Assembly (NCBI RefSeq): GCF_009834535.1
Contig: NC_045697.1
Location: 104,720,001 to 104,784,000 of the forward strand
DNA length: 64,000 nt
Direction: 5' to 3'
From: Camelus ferus
Taxonomy: Eukaryota
The position numbers and the translations under genes are program-made. Below are positions 50,809 to 63,794 of this stretch, one piece after another. The notes under the pieces were generated by a model. The model made no database searches, was not told where the DNA came from, and saw nothing but the letters and a program-made list of their open reading frames with translations. Positions within the stretch are counted from its first letter, which is position 1; every line of letters begins with the position of its first letter.

Positions 50809-53800
50809 CCTCTGAGATAAAGAGACCATGCAGTTTATGTCAGAATACCTTTGAGGGTAAAATTCTGCCGGGGACAATAGGCATGAAGTGGTATTGTCCT
50901 GAGTGACCTGGACATGTGGTTTTCTTCCTCCAAGGCCCTGTCTGTCCTGGTCACTTGTCCAGCCTGGACCCATCACTGAGCATGGTAGGTGGGATACTTT
51001 GTTCAGCCTGAGTCATGTGCCCACTGCTGGGCTGAAGAAGCCGGTGGCCAGTTATGTCTGCCTCACCAGGGGTCCCACCGAGGGATGTGCAGAACATAGG
51101 AAAAAGCTGATATCCAGTGTGCAAGCAAACTTGGGTTTGTTTTTGCATACTTGCTTCTCTTTTATTTATATTATACAAATGGCTCAGCATAAATTGGATA
51201 AGGAATTGCAGTTCAAAGAAGGTACCCATACCAGTAACTGAAATTCTTACCAACCCCAATCAAGTTGATACATTTTTATGATAGTACACGTTTTAAAGTC
51301 ATTTTAATTTCTAAATTGTCACATTATAAAAATAAGTTCCTAGTAGATAGGAGAAATTGAATACCTGTTATTTGAGACGGTTACATGACTGAACTAAAAA
51401 AAAAAGTGTAGAAACAAATGAATAAAACTAAATACTCTCTGCTCTGGGAAATATATGGAAAGACAAACTCAGCAAATAAATTCTGTTCATTATAAATGCA
51501 TATTCATAATCACATTGGCTAATTTTTTTTTTCCAGTATAAAGATTTAGTTACAACCAATATTCATCATAGGAAATACCTCCTTGTCTCTTTGAAAACCT
51601 ATGTCAGTATTACTCATATCAAAATAAGCTGCTTTCAAAAATGCAGTTCCTTTGCTAGAGCTGTTTTGTCTGGGCCTAGGGGCTGCATGCGTCCCACACG
51701 TGAGGACCCTATGAGGATAGTGAGTCAAAATAAGAATGTATGCCTTCTCTTTTTTCCAATTGCTGGATTGATTCATTTGAACCAAAATAGAGAAGGGTGG
51801 GAGAGACGGGAGGGCGGAAGTGAAGACTGGTACTGTGCAGCCTGCCTGGGTACAAAATCACGGTGGTTGATCCAGTGCGGTGGTTGGCGTCTGTGCCTCA
51901 CAGGACTCAACCTCTGAGGTACGGAGTAGCTACGACACTTGTGATCACTGGCGAAAGCGTAAAGTAGTGAACGTTTATAACATTTTAACTTGTTGGTGTA
52001 CAAGAAAATATTTTGAAAACTAAATGGTAATTTTCTGGCTTAACTTAGGTTTCTGATATTCATGTTGCCCCTAGTTTAGTTTTGGAGAAATAAAATGTTG
52101 TTAAGAAAAACTGATACATGGGAGGGTAATTCATCTGGCAGTGTGGATTGAGTGATTTTTACATTCTTTTCCCTTTTAAACAATCAACAAAAAAATTTCT
52201 TGAACAGAAATTAGAGCAGATTTTAAAAATTCTAGTCAAAAATATTCCTGGCTTAGTTTTAAGTTTGAAATCAATTGGGAAGTCCTGTAAGCATCTAGAA
52301 AAGTTGTCCAAATAAGTTTGTTTTCTTCTGAAATTGCACGATTGTCTCTGGAAATACTTTCTTTGTCTCTTGTGTATGTGGGATGGTATCTGACGCAGGG
52401 ATTTGAAAGTAGGTAAGTGACCTCTTTGGACGATTTTCTTTTCATTGATCGTCTAGGGGAATTAAGATGGTTAAATCAAATATTTATGATGTGAACTCTG
52501 GAATCTTTTGGAATTGAGTGCTGTGTTTTAATTGATACTGTCCAAAAGGCTCGTACAACCTTACAGGTTAACCTGGTGACGAGCAGCCACACATCCAGAA
52601 ACCAGATGCATCACTGAACTGCAGTCAAAAGTTTGTTGCTGTAGGATGGTTTGGTGCCTTTTGGCAGTGTCTACCAGACTGTCTGCTGGACTCATGCATC
52701 CTGATGTTCATCCAAAAAAATGGTTTAAAAATGTGTTTTTCTGTCTGGAGAACAGAGAGGCAACTTTGTAAAGATCGTCACATTTTGTGACTTTGAAGTT
52801 TCCATTTCCAAAAGCTTTAAAGCTGAAAAATAGAGTTTGGAGTAAATGCATTTCCTCAGTTGAATGTTTGCAGTGAGAGCACCATGGAGAGGAGTGGAGA
52901 GGGAGTTGGTTTCATGGTGGAGCTAGTCCATCGGTCAGCATTTGACCTTTGAAAGGGATGGGGGAAGGGCATCTTGGAGCGAAGCCCCCTAGATAGTGGC
53001 GTGTTTTTATGGCTGTATATGCAAACCCAGAGTTTATATGAGGAAGAAAAGTTGGAATGAATGGAATGAAATGAATATATATTCAGCTCTGTGGGCTCAC
53101 ATTGTGCGTGTGATATAGTCAGAGTTTAGATGTAACTAAACCACGTTTATTTTTTAGAGGAGATCAGTGATGATGGCTTTAAAGTGAGTAAGTCATCTCA
53201 ACTATTTTTTTAAGCTGTGTATGAATATCCAACTTGAATTTGTTTAAATGAAAGTGGATGTAAAATATCTTTAAATTAAAACAGCAATGAGTAGATTACT
53301 GCAGTCTCAAATAAGAGCAGTTAGATTTTATTTTAATTTTCCTCATCATCTACTTAGAAGTTGAGCCATTGGTAAACATTATCTGAGGTGTACTAAAACA
53401 GATTCCTAAGTTTACTAGAAGTAAGGATGATAATGGTGGTGGTTGTAGTAGTAGTAGGAGTTAATAGGGATTTTAAATTAAATTTTTAACGCTGTGTAAG
53501 GGTCCAAGGTGTGTTTAATTAGCACTTCTCATAGCAGTCCTGTTTGGTAGTTCCTCTTATAGTACATGCCATTTTGCAATTTAGGAACCCGGGTTTAGAA
53601 AGGTTGAGTTACTTGCCTGGAAAGCTGTGTGGCCCCCGCCAGTCACTCTCTGAAGCCATGAGTTTTCTAGAAGAGCATACATTCTTGCCATTGATACAGT
53701 ATGTATTTCACAAACCTTATCTTGAGTAAAGCCATGGGGGAGGGAGTTATGTCCGCAAAGCGCACTTTAGAAAATTTAAAAATTTTCCATGAAGGTGATA

Positions 53801-56079
53801 AAACTTCCTTTAAGCTATTAAAAGTCACAGGAAAGGAAGTCATTTTCAGATGATCTGGAATAGTGGCTATCCTATCCTACTTGTATTGTAAAAAAATGAA
53901 AAAGATCATTGTTGTTTGCTTTTTAGCCAAAGCAGAATTTAAAAAGTAGTGTTCTTGTTAATGAACAAGAGGGCGCATTGGGTTTGAACTGTGCTGACAG
54001 CCGGATGTTACTGGCACTTTGAGCTCCCTGTCTTATCACTGACAGGCAGAGGCCAGCAGGATTTCAGTCCTTAGGGGAGAATCTTTTCCTTCGTGTTGCA
54101 GAATGGATGCTTTCCTGTCAGTGCCAGTTTGGACCCTGTGCTGCTTATCGGATGCCCCTAAGCTGTACTTACTTTCTTCCCAAACAGCCATTTCTTTTCT
54201 TTTAGGTGTCTTCTCATTCTCCTTGGTGAAGGTATAAATTATCTTCTGGTTCCCCTAGGAGGAACTTGCTATCCAGAATGTTAAGAATTTTGGCCAAAGT
54301 CAGAGACAATGATTAACGAAGACATTGTAGTTAGTTTTGAAATATTTCAGAGTTTATCTGATAAATTTTGAATTTAGTAAATCTCAGTTTCCACAGACAA
54401 AGCTGGAATTAAAGTCCTGGTGTTCTGACTTTCGCTGTGAGTCTGGAAGGTACGCCCAACTCTTTTACTCTGCAGATGAGGAAACACGCCCTGTGTGCTC
54501 ATAGATGAGTGCTTTGTCCCATCTGTTTGAGGAAGCTCATTTGTAGCATTGCATTTACATTGAGGTCATTTGTTCTTATCTGTATATTTACCATGTAGTG
54601 ATGAAATAAATGAGGAAATCATATTTAAAGGGTGATTTTTTTCTTCTTTTGAAACAAACTTCATTGATGCTCACGTCATATTCACGTGTATCAAAAATTC
54701 AGATCAGAGTGAGAGAAGCTATTGAGACTCAACCATTTAATTATTCCTGTGATGGAAAGCCCTTCCTCTTGATGCCTGGTTTGAAGTTGAAGTAGGGAAA
54801 TTGAAGAATTGACCAGGGATGATGTGACATTGTTTTGTGGCTGGGGCTTCCATTCATCAGCTACTACCGGTCTTGATAGAGACTGAATGTTCCTAAAAAC
54901 CTCCCGCCCCTCACCTTCCAGATCCCAGTAGACGCTCAGCCCCTCCAGGGCATTATCTGATTTTCATCCCCAGCCAGGGCCTAGAACTATGCCTGGCTCT
55001 CTGGTGTTGAATTAATCCTTGCTGAGTAAATTCCTGTCCGGCTCCTGGAATGTTGGCAGTGTTTGAAGTCAAGTGATATCAGTTAAAGAAGCAGATGAGA
55101 ATGTGAGAATGCAGGGCTTCTGATGTCTGTCCTGTTCCCGAGCTGCGGTTGGAAGACGCAGAAAAGGCCTTTTTTCACTTTGTACCACATGGCCCTGTCT
55201 TCTGTCTCCGTTTCCTGGCAGGTTCCCGCCAGGATACTTCATATCTGATGAAAACAGTCAAAATCAGAACTCTTGGAAGGGAGAAGTGCTTAGAGTCTGG
55301 TTAGAAAGTTGTTTTGGCCTAAGTGGAGTCGATCAATCTTTAGAGCCTGAAGACAGGCCTGGGGGAGACTTGGGGCACAGTTGGGAGAGCATTCAGATTC
55401 CTCTCTGCGCCCTGGACTGCTTCGAGATGGAAAGGAAAGCTCAGAGTGGTTAGTTTATTTCTTTTGGTTGACTTTCTATCGTCATTCCTTAATGACTGTG
55501 TATATGTAATATGCTGAAAAGTCATATACAGATTTTTCTTTAGTCTGTCTCCCTTTAGGGATAAACAGTGTGGGTAAGTTTTCACTGTTACACATGAGTA
55601 AAGGTGGGGTATGACTGTTTCATTTGTTTCACATAAAGCAGAATAACAGGAAAAAGACAAATAAAAATAGTGATTTTGCTACACAGTGAAGTTGTGCATT
55701 CTTTTATTAGATCTACTAGAACAGGGTCCCTGAAGGAATATTAAAATTCGTTCAGAATGATAGCTTTGAAACATTCCCAGGCAATAAAGTATAAGCAGTC
55801 ATGTTATTTAAGCAAAACTAAAGCTGTAATATTAGAAGTCCATGTTGTTTCAGGAAGAACAAAATGTCATATTTTTCCTTCTTAAAGTTTTTTCTTGCAT
55901 TGCCAGCTCTTGTGATAAACTGAGCCTGGCCATTCTGGGTTGGTGGCATCACTTCCATTTAATTTTCCCCCGAAAATTGCAAGGCCTCCCATTCCTTTGG
56001 GCTCTTTGTAAAGAGGAAGGGAACCTGGCTGCAGGAATATCAACTGGTACCATGTGATCAAAAAGAGAGAGGGCTCTTT

Positions 56080-56689
56080 TTTTTCCTTTTTCAGTTTTAT
56101 TGGGTAGAATTATTACAGTTTGACTGCACATATACATTATGTTGCATGTAAATACATCTATACAATATACTGCACATATTTTTTGTTTACATATATGTAC
56201 TAATCATTGTTTCTAAGAACAGATTAGAGCTTCAGCTTTTTTAACTTACGTAGTTATCAAAGGAATAAAGCCCACCACAAAATAAGAATCAACAGAATGT
56301 CGGTGATCCAATCATAAAGGACAGTCAAATGTACTTACACATATTCAAGAAATTGATCATCTAAGTTATAAATAATAAGTAGTTCATTTGTGTCTTTATT
56401 TTAAAATTTTTTTTTAGATTCCACATGTAAGTGATACATGGCATTTTTCTCTTTCTGGCCCACTTCACTTAGAATGATGATCTTCAGGCCCATCCATGTT
56501 GCTACATTGCTGCAAATGGCATTATTTTATTCTTTTTTATGGCTGAGTAGTATTCCACTGTATATATGTACCACATCTTCTCTATTGGGTCATCTGCTGA
56601 TGGACATTTGAGTTGTTTCCATGTCTTGGCTATTGCATGTACTGCTGCTGTGAATATTGGGGAGCATGTGTCTTTTTGAGTTTTATTTT
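56080..56689 (-). mobile_element. L1 fragment with a non-standard ~280-bp 3' end, poly(A) and TSD
   Basis: L1 homology ~56370-56689; unrelated AT-rich segment ~56092-56365 with AATAAA (56096-56101, minus strand) and T tract. TSD GAGAGAGGGCTCTTT (56065-56079) / GAGAGAGGATTCTTT (56690-56704). Confidence 0.8.
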
Positions 56690-56992
56690 GAGAGAGGATT
56701 CTTTGAAAACAGTGACATCACTGGCCTTTTCTTTGGCAAGCTGCTGATAAAATGTGGTAGGGAGTAGCTCTGCTTTGGCTCTTTATAAACACAGTACAGA
56801 GAGACCACCCTCTTTGCTTCTTTGCCCTTATTAGAGTGTAGGTTATACTTGTCCCTTTGTCTCCTTCAGAAGCTAGACTGTCACTGCAGAGCATAGGGTG
56901 GTGTGTGTGTGTGTCTGTAGTACATGGTGAGTCAGTCCCGTGGCTGTATTTTGCCCTTGGTTTATATTGCAGTGTTTATCCCATTATATCTT

Positions 56993-57432
56993 TTTAAAAA
57001 TTTTATTGGAGTATAGTTGATTTGCAGTGTTGTGTTAGTTTCAGGTGTACAACAAGGTGATTCAGTTCTATATATCTATTCTTTTTCAGATTCTTTTCCA
57101 TTACAGGTTATTACAAGATACTGAATGTAGTTCCCTGTGCTATACAGTAAGTAGGTCCTTGTTTTGTTTTGTTTTGTTTTGTTTTGTTTTGTTTGAAGCC
57201 AAAAAGTGAGTTTATTTGAGGTTGGTTAGGACTGAAGGCCAGGAGACGCAGATCCAGGAAGCACTTGAATTGGGTTCCAGCAGACTACAAAATGGGCGGT
57301 CTTTATCTATTTCATATATAGTAGTATGTTATCTGTTCATCCCGAACTCCTAATTTCTCCCTTTTCCCCGCTACCCTTCCCGTCCAGGCCCCTCTCCCCT
57401 TTCCCCTTTGGTAACCATAAGTTTGTTTTCTG
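56993..57432 (-). mobile_element. L1 3' end with TSD, interrupted by an LTR-derived insert at ~57161-57300
   Basis: TSD CCATTATATCTT (56981-56992) / CCATTGTATCTT (57433-57444). L1 text GTAGGTCCTT..TTTATCTATTT is split by foreign sequence. Confidence 0.85.
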
Positions 57433-58071
57433 CCATTGTATCTTGGAAAGCAGTGCATCAGTAACAATGGGCTGCATGGGACAGAAAAACGAGTTGACAG
57501 ACCTTGACCCTGTTGGTTGGTTGATTTCCCTCCCCCCTCACGTAACATGTGAATAGTAGGTGATTGCTGGCTGTTTTTCAAGGATGATAATTCTTCAAGT
57601 TTTATGGCTCTTTGCTCATGGTTTACAGGATAGTCTAGCCATGACTCCCCCTTTCTGGGGGGAAAAAGGGGGAAAGAAGAAGAAAGGAGGAAGTCTGTAT
57701 CAAAGGCTTTCCCAGAAATCTCCCATCAGCCCCTGCTTATACGTCATTGGCCTAAGCTTTCCCATGGCTTCCCCTCGCTGCAAGGAAGTCTGGGAAAGAG
57801 TTCTTTGTGGCAGAGGCAGGCAGAGGAAGAGAAGATTGGAATGGCTGTAGAATGAGACAGTTTCTGCATCTGCCCAAAGCAGATCAGAATTCTAGTGGTG
57901 AGGACCTTCATCGTGTTTCTCCATTCAGCATCAGTTAGTCAGCAGGTGTCCCCTGAGCTCTGTTGATATGGACTGTGTTGTTACGGATCTTAGCGAGCCA
58001 GAGAGACATGCAAAAGTATAATATGCTGTCTTATTAGGATTTACAATCTAGTTATAGAAATAAAAAACATG

Positions 58072-58322
58072 GGAGGAGGGATAAATTAGGAGGTTGGGAT
58101 TAACAGATACACACTACTACTTATAAAACAGATAAACAACAAGGACCTACTGTAGAGCACAGGGAACTATATTCAATGTCTTGCAATAACCTGTAATGGA
58201 AAAGAGTCTGAAAAATATTTATCTGTATCTTTTTATCTGTATATCTCAATCATTTTGCTATATACTGAAACTAACACAACATTGTAAATCAACTAGATGT
58301 CAGTAAAAAAAAATTGAAATAA
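58072..58322 (+). mobile_element. L1 3' end with TSD
   Basis: GGAGGGATAAATTAGGAGG..AAACAACAAGGACCTACTG..; flanks AAATAAAAAACATG / AAATAAAACACATG. Confidence 0.85.
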
Positions 58323-59519
58323 AAATAAAACACATGAAAGAAATGGTTCTGTGAAATTTAAGTGCTATGTTTTCTCACCAGATTATAAGAAGAGGGGCCT
58401 TCATGGATTCTTGGTGTAATTAAAAAGATGTATTCAGGGAGCAAGTTATGCAAATTCCAGAGGAAGGTTGTTCCCCTCAGAGCAAGTAAAAAGCCTTAAT
58501 TTGGGAGGGAAAAAAATGTTTCCTTGGAGAAGGTAGACTTGACCTAGGGTGGTTGAGGGACTGGAGTGTCTGGGAAAGGGGAATAGCTTGAATACCCAGG
58601 ATCATTTAGGATGTAGTGGAAAATGTTAGGGCTTATAGGAAGGATGAGTGTGGCTCTAAGTTCTGCCCTAAAACAGAACCAGAAAGTAGTTGTGATTTTG
58701 GAGCAGGACACACGGAAATATGCGATTTGAAGAAAAATGATCAGATATTCCTCTGCGGGAGCAGGGAGAGAGCCCAGGGAAGTGAATAAATGAGGCCAAA
58801 GGAAAGTTAGAAGGACTCATTGGCCTCTTAGATTTGCTGGAAAATCTAAATCAAATATAATGTCTTCAGCTTGGCACACCAGGAAAGAATTAAGAAACCA
58901 GAAGCAGAAAGTCACTGGGAGCACAGGGCAGTCTCGTTTTGAGCCAAAGTCTTGTGCCCCAGCTCGTCTTCCCAGTCTTTGCTGCTCTGTGTCCGTCATC
59001 TTGTTTTCCTTTGACCAGCTTCCACCTGGGTAGCATCAGTAGCTTCTCTTTGTTCATTTTCTGCTTCCTTCCATATGGGCCACTTCTGAATGTTCGCCTA
59101 GCCTCACTACCCAGCACTTCATGTCTGAGTATTTCCATATTGCTATGTCAGCTTCTTAAAAATGTGATTGGCCAGCCAATGACAATTGTCCTTGTCTGGG
59201 GAGAAGTTGTCTGACTCTTGGGAGGTCACTGGCCAGTGTGTCGACTGGCTGCTCTTGGATCTGGTGCCCGCCCCCGCCCAGCCGGTTGTAAGCTGTGATA
59301 CAGAACAGGTTTGCCCAAGATTGCCACCTCACCAGGGCCCGGAAAGGGAGGGGCAGACTGGGTTGAGGGGCAGGCACAGTGCAAGTATGAACTTAGTACC
59401 TACATGTGCCACGGCTTGCTTGGTGTGTTATAATCATGTCTTTATCAAGAGGAGCTGTTTTCCACTTAACTCTGTACAGAATGTGTTGCAGTTACGTATG
59501 AGTAAACCTTTGGCTGATA

Positions 59520-59692
59520 CTTTTTTTTTTTGGTATTTATTTTGTAACAGCTTTCTTGAGATGTAATTCACATGCCGTGTGATTCACCCATTTAAAGGGT
59601 ACGAGTCAGTGGTTTTACATATGTTCACAGATCTGTGTAGCCATCACCGCAGTCAATTTTAGAATATTTTCATCTCCCCAGAAAAAACCCCT
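59520..59692 (-). mobile_element. Old L1 extreme 3' end fragment (host of the following SINE)
   Basis: CAGCTTTCTTGAGATGTAATTCACATGCC..TTCACCCATTTAAAG..GTCAATTTTAGAATATTTTCATC. Confidence 0.75.
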
Positions 59693-59693
59693 A

Positions 59694-59862
59694 GAGGGGT
59701 GGGTATAGTATAGTTCAGTGGTAGAGCACGTGCTTAGCATATACAAGGTCCTGAGTTAGATCTCCAGTACCTTCATTAAATAAATAAATAAACCTAATTA
59801 CCTCCCCCCCCAAAGTTTTTAAATTAAAATTAAAAAGAGTTCTTAACTCAAAAAAAGTAAAA
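59694..59862 (+). mobile_element. tRNA-derived SINE (Vic-1-like) with TSD
   Basis: GGGTATAG..TTCAGTGGTAGAGCACGTGCTTAGCATATACAAGGTCCTGAGTT..CCAGTACC, then (TAAA)n CCTAATTACCTCCCC; flanks AGAAAAAACCCCT / AGAAGAAACCCT. Confidence 0.88.
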
Positions 59863-60078
59863 AGAAGAAACCCTGTATCCCCTGGGCTGATATTTTTGAT
59901 GCTAGTAATGTGTAACATGCTTCCACACTCCAGTGTTTTTCAAAGTGAGGCCTTTCTGAACACAGTGTTTCAGTTGCACCCCAACCCCTTCCCCATTCTT
60001 CCTCCCCCTTCCCTGCCTTTTATACACCAGGGCACCTGTCACCTAGTGTGTGATTTTATGTATCTATTTTATAATTTC

Positions 60079-60198
60079 TTTTTTAAATTTTTTATGAGGG
60101 TATTGAGATTTGTTTATTTTTATGGAGGCACTGGGGATTGAACCCAGGACCTCGTGCATGCTAAGCATGTGCTCTACCACTGAGCTATACCCTCCCCC
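60079..60198 (-). mobile_element. tRNA-derived SINE (Vic-1-like)
   Basis: Reverse complement GGGGAGGGTATAGCTCAGTGGTAGAGCACATGCTTAGCATGCACGAGGTCCTGGGTTCAATCCCCAGTGCCTCC with intact A and B boxes and an A-rich tail. Confidence 0.9.
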
Positions 60199-60499
60199 TG
60201 TGTGTATTTTAATGTTTGTTTTTCTCAGAATGTAAACGATGGAAGCAGGGGTTTTTGTCTTACTTACAATGTAATAGATATTTTAAGTAGTCAGATATTT
60301 GCTGAATAAATGAATTACAATCAATTTGTTAAGCTTCCAGCTGCCAGTTGTGCAAAGAACTCTGTACCTTATCTCATTTAAGAGCTACTATCTTTATTTT
60401 ATTCATAGAGAAATTGACGCTCAGAGGTGGAATAACTTGCCCCGAGTAGGTAACAAGCAGAGCGAATCTGTGAATCAAAGTGCAGCTCGTTGCTGTCTA

Positions 60500-60765
60500 A
60501 AGATGTAATGTAAACCGTGTGTATAATTAAAATTTTTCTAGTAACTGCATTAAAAAAAGATGAAATTAATTTTTAATATATTTCATTAATCCAGCATATC
60601 CAAAGTAGTGCCATTTTAACATAAAAATTGTAATCAGCGTAAATATCTTTTGCACTTATCTTTGGAATCCAGAGCGCATTTTACACTAACAGGAAACATC
60701 CATGGAGACCAGTCACATTTCCGGGGCTCAGCCCCACGTGGCTAATGACTTCTGTTGGGAGCCAA
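60500..60765. mobile_element. MER33/MER3-type hAT MITE
   Basis: ATAATTAAAATTTTTCTAGTAAC..GAAATTAATTTTTAATAT..CATTTTACACTAACAG..GTCACATTTC..GTGGCTAATG. Confidence 0.6.
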
Positions 60766-61768
60766 GGTCTAAGTGACATCAAATCTCACGGTCTTGGATC
60801 TGTACTTTGCTGCTTCCCGGTATTCAAGTCGCCACCCCTTTCCAGCTTGGGAAGATGATTTGATGCTGACCATTTACGGAAGGCTTAGTTTAAATGCCTA
60901 GCTCCTTAGATTTTCAGAAGAGCTCGAGGAAGTGAGTACTGTCAGGTTCCAATTCCTGTCCAGTCGGCAGAGAAATTTTACAGATGACGATATGGAGGTC
61001 TAGAGAGCTTATCGCTTGTGCAAGTTTACAGGGTTTCTACTGGGCAGGGGCAGGTGGAGAATCCAGCTCACGTGAGGCTTGGGATAGTCCTTCAACATAA
61101 AGCTTCTCCCCCAAGTGCATAGCTGGCCCAAGGACGCACGCTGAGATACCCGGAGGTTCTGTGTTGCTGGCTGCAGCCTCTGTACATTTTGACCCCTCCA
61201 GTCTTTCCTCCTGTTTTGAGCACTGTCTCTCCTTCCCTACCCTGATTCACTTGTTGTATCTCTTCTAACAACTGGCTTCCTTTTGGGACTTTCTTATTTC
61301 CCCAGATTCTCCCCTGGAATGTCCCTATCCTGTCCCTTTCATGATAAATAACTTCAAACAAACAAACAACAATCTTTTAAGAAAGAGACCTATTCATTTG
61401 CCGACTTGATTATCTGAGGGCCGGTTCGTTAGTTGGCAACAGAACTAGTGAAGAAAAGATGTTCTCATTTGTGGCTGGTTTCCCGGCCTCACAGGTGGAG
61501 GGGCTCTGTGTCTCCTCTGGGCGGGAGGGGAGAGACTGCAGCTGTGTGGGTGCTGGGTGGGGCTTTCAGTGGCTGAGAGCTGGGAGTTCCTGCTAGGCTT
61601 GTGGAAACTATGTGCATTGGAACAAAAGACTGGGTGTGAAGTTAGGGACTGGAAAAGAGCTGCTTATGGGTAGACATTTCGGAGAGGCAGTTTATTTGTA
61701 AGTTAAGGTATCCTCTTTCTAGTATCCTGGGGTTAAATTTCTTTAAAACGGTTTAAGGCTTCTCTGGG

Positions 61769-63794
61769 ATTTTCTTTTTTCTTTAATTTTTTTTTTTTAA
61801 AGATTGAAGTATAGTTAATTTATAATGTGTCAGTTTCTTGTGTACAGCAAAGTAATTCAGTTATACATATGTATGTGTGTGCATGTATATATATATATAT
61901 ATACACAAACACTTTTTCATATTCTTTTCCATTATGGTTTATTACAGGATATTGAATATAGTTCCCTGTGCTATTCAGTAGGACCTTGTTTTTTTAAATC
62001 TATTTTATATATAGTAGTGTGTATCTGTTAATCCCAAACTCCTAATTTATCCTTCCCTCACCCCCTTTCCCCTTTGATAACCATAAGTTTGTTCTCTATG
62101 TCTGTGAGTCTGTTTCTGTATTGTAAATAAGTTCATTTGTGTCATATTTTAGATTCCACATATAAATGATATCCTAGGATATTTGTCTTTCTCTGTCTGA
62201 CTTACTTCACTTAGTATGATAATCTCTAGGTCCATGTTGCTGCAAACAGCATTTTTTAAATGGCTGAGTAGTACTCTGTTGTGTATATACAGCTTATCTT
62301 TATTCATTCATCTGTTGATGATTTAGGTTGCTTCCATGTCTTGGCTGTTGTGAATAGTGCTGCTGTGAACATTGGGATGCATGTATCTTTTCAAATTAGA
62401 GTTTTCTCTGAATATATTCCTAGGAGTGGGATTGCTGGATCAGTATGGTAACTATTTTATTGTTTTAAGGAACCTCCATACTGTTTTCCATAGTGGCTGC
62501 ACCAATTTACATTCCCACGGACAGTGTAGGAGGGTTCCCTTTTCTGCACACCCTCTCCAGCATTTGTTGTTTGTAGACTTCTTGATGGCCATTCTGACTG
62601 GTGTGAGGTGGTACCTCATTATAGTTTTGAGTTGCATTTCTCTAAGAATTAGCGATGTTGAACATCTTTCCATGTGCCTGTTGGCCATTTGTATGTCTTA
62701 TGTGGAGAAATGTCTATTTAGATTTTCTGCCCATTTTTTGAGTGGGTTGCTTATTTTTTGTTATTGAGTTGTATGAGCTGTTTGTATATTTTGGAAGTAA
62801 GCCCTTGTCAATTGCATTGTTTGCAAATATTTTCTCCCATTCTGTAGGTTGTCATTTAGTTTTGTTTATGGTTTCCTTTGCTGTGCAAAAGCTTATAAGT
62901 TTGATTAGGTCTCATTTGTTTATTTTTGCTTTTATTTCTATTGCCTTGGAAGATTGGCCTAAGAAAGCATTGCTACAATTTATGTCAGAGAATGTTTTGC
63001 CTATGTTCTCTTCTAGGAATTTTATGGTGTCAAATCTTTAAGTCTTTAAGCTATTCTGTGTTTTTGTGTGTATGTGTGTATCGTGTGAGGGAGTAGTCTA
63101 ACTTCATTGATTTACATATGTGGCTGTCCAGCTTTTTCAACTTGCTGAAGAAACTATCTTTTCTCCATTGTATGTTCTTGCCTCCTTTGTCGAACAGTAA
63201 TTGACTGTGGGTGTGTAGGTTTGTTTCTGGGCTCTCTGTTCTATTCCATTGATCCATATGTCTGTTTTTGTGCCAACACCATGCTGTTTTGATTACTATA
63301 GCTCTGTAGTATTGTCTGAAATCTGGAAGGGTTATTCCTCCAGCTTCATTCTTTTTCTTCAGTGTTACTTTGTCAATTCTGGTGTTTTTATGGTTCCATA
63401 TACATTTTAGGATTATTTGTTCTAGTTCTTTGAAAAATGTCCTGGGTAATTTGATAGGAATCACATTAAATCTGTAGATTGCTCTGTGTAGTATGGCCAT
63501 TGTAGCCATATTAGTTCTTCCAATCCAAGAGTATGGGATATCTTTCCATTTCTTTGAATCATCTTCCATTTCCTTTATCAGTTTTAACCTTAGCATGTAA
63601 GTCTCGCAACTCCTTGGTCAGGTTTATTCCTAACTCTTTTTTTTTGATGAGATTTGAAAAGAGATTTTTTTTTACTTTCCCTTTCTGATATTTCATTGTT
63701 AGTGTAAAGAAATGTAATAGATTTCTGCACATTAATCTTGTATCCTGTTACCTTGCTGAACTTGTTTATTGGTTTTAGTGGTTTTTGTATAGAA
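61769..63794 (-). mobile_element. L1, 5'-truncated, ~2 kb, with decayed ORF2 (post-RT/C-terminal region)
   Basis: ORF track 63051-63596 ([52 protein letters not shown]) and 62452-62688 ([29 protein letters not shown]); 3' UTR and poly(T) at the left end. Confidence 0.95.

Noticed and set aside
59812..59862. Non-A segment (GAGTTCTTAACTC) in the SINE tail as a 3' transduction
   Set aside because: Too short and preceded by a T run that would terminate Pol III; cannot be distinguished from tail decay without a genome search.
60120..60198. Possible tRNA gene (also 59694-59780, 38830-38907, 34200-34265)
   Set aside because: The tRNA-like heads are followed by A-rich tails, some have TSDs, and they occur as several diverged copies, so they are SINEs.
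63051..63596. 181-aa ORF as a host gene
   Set aside because: It is an L1 ORF2 fragment within a 5'-truncated element.
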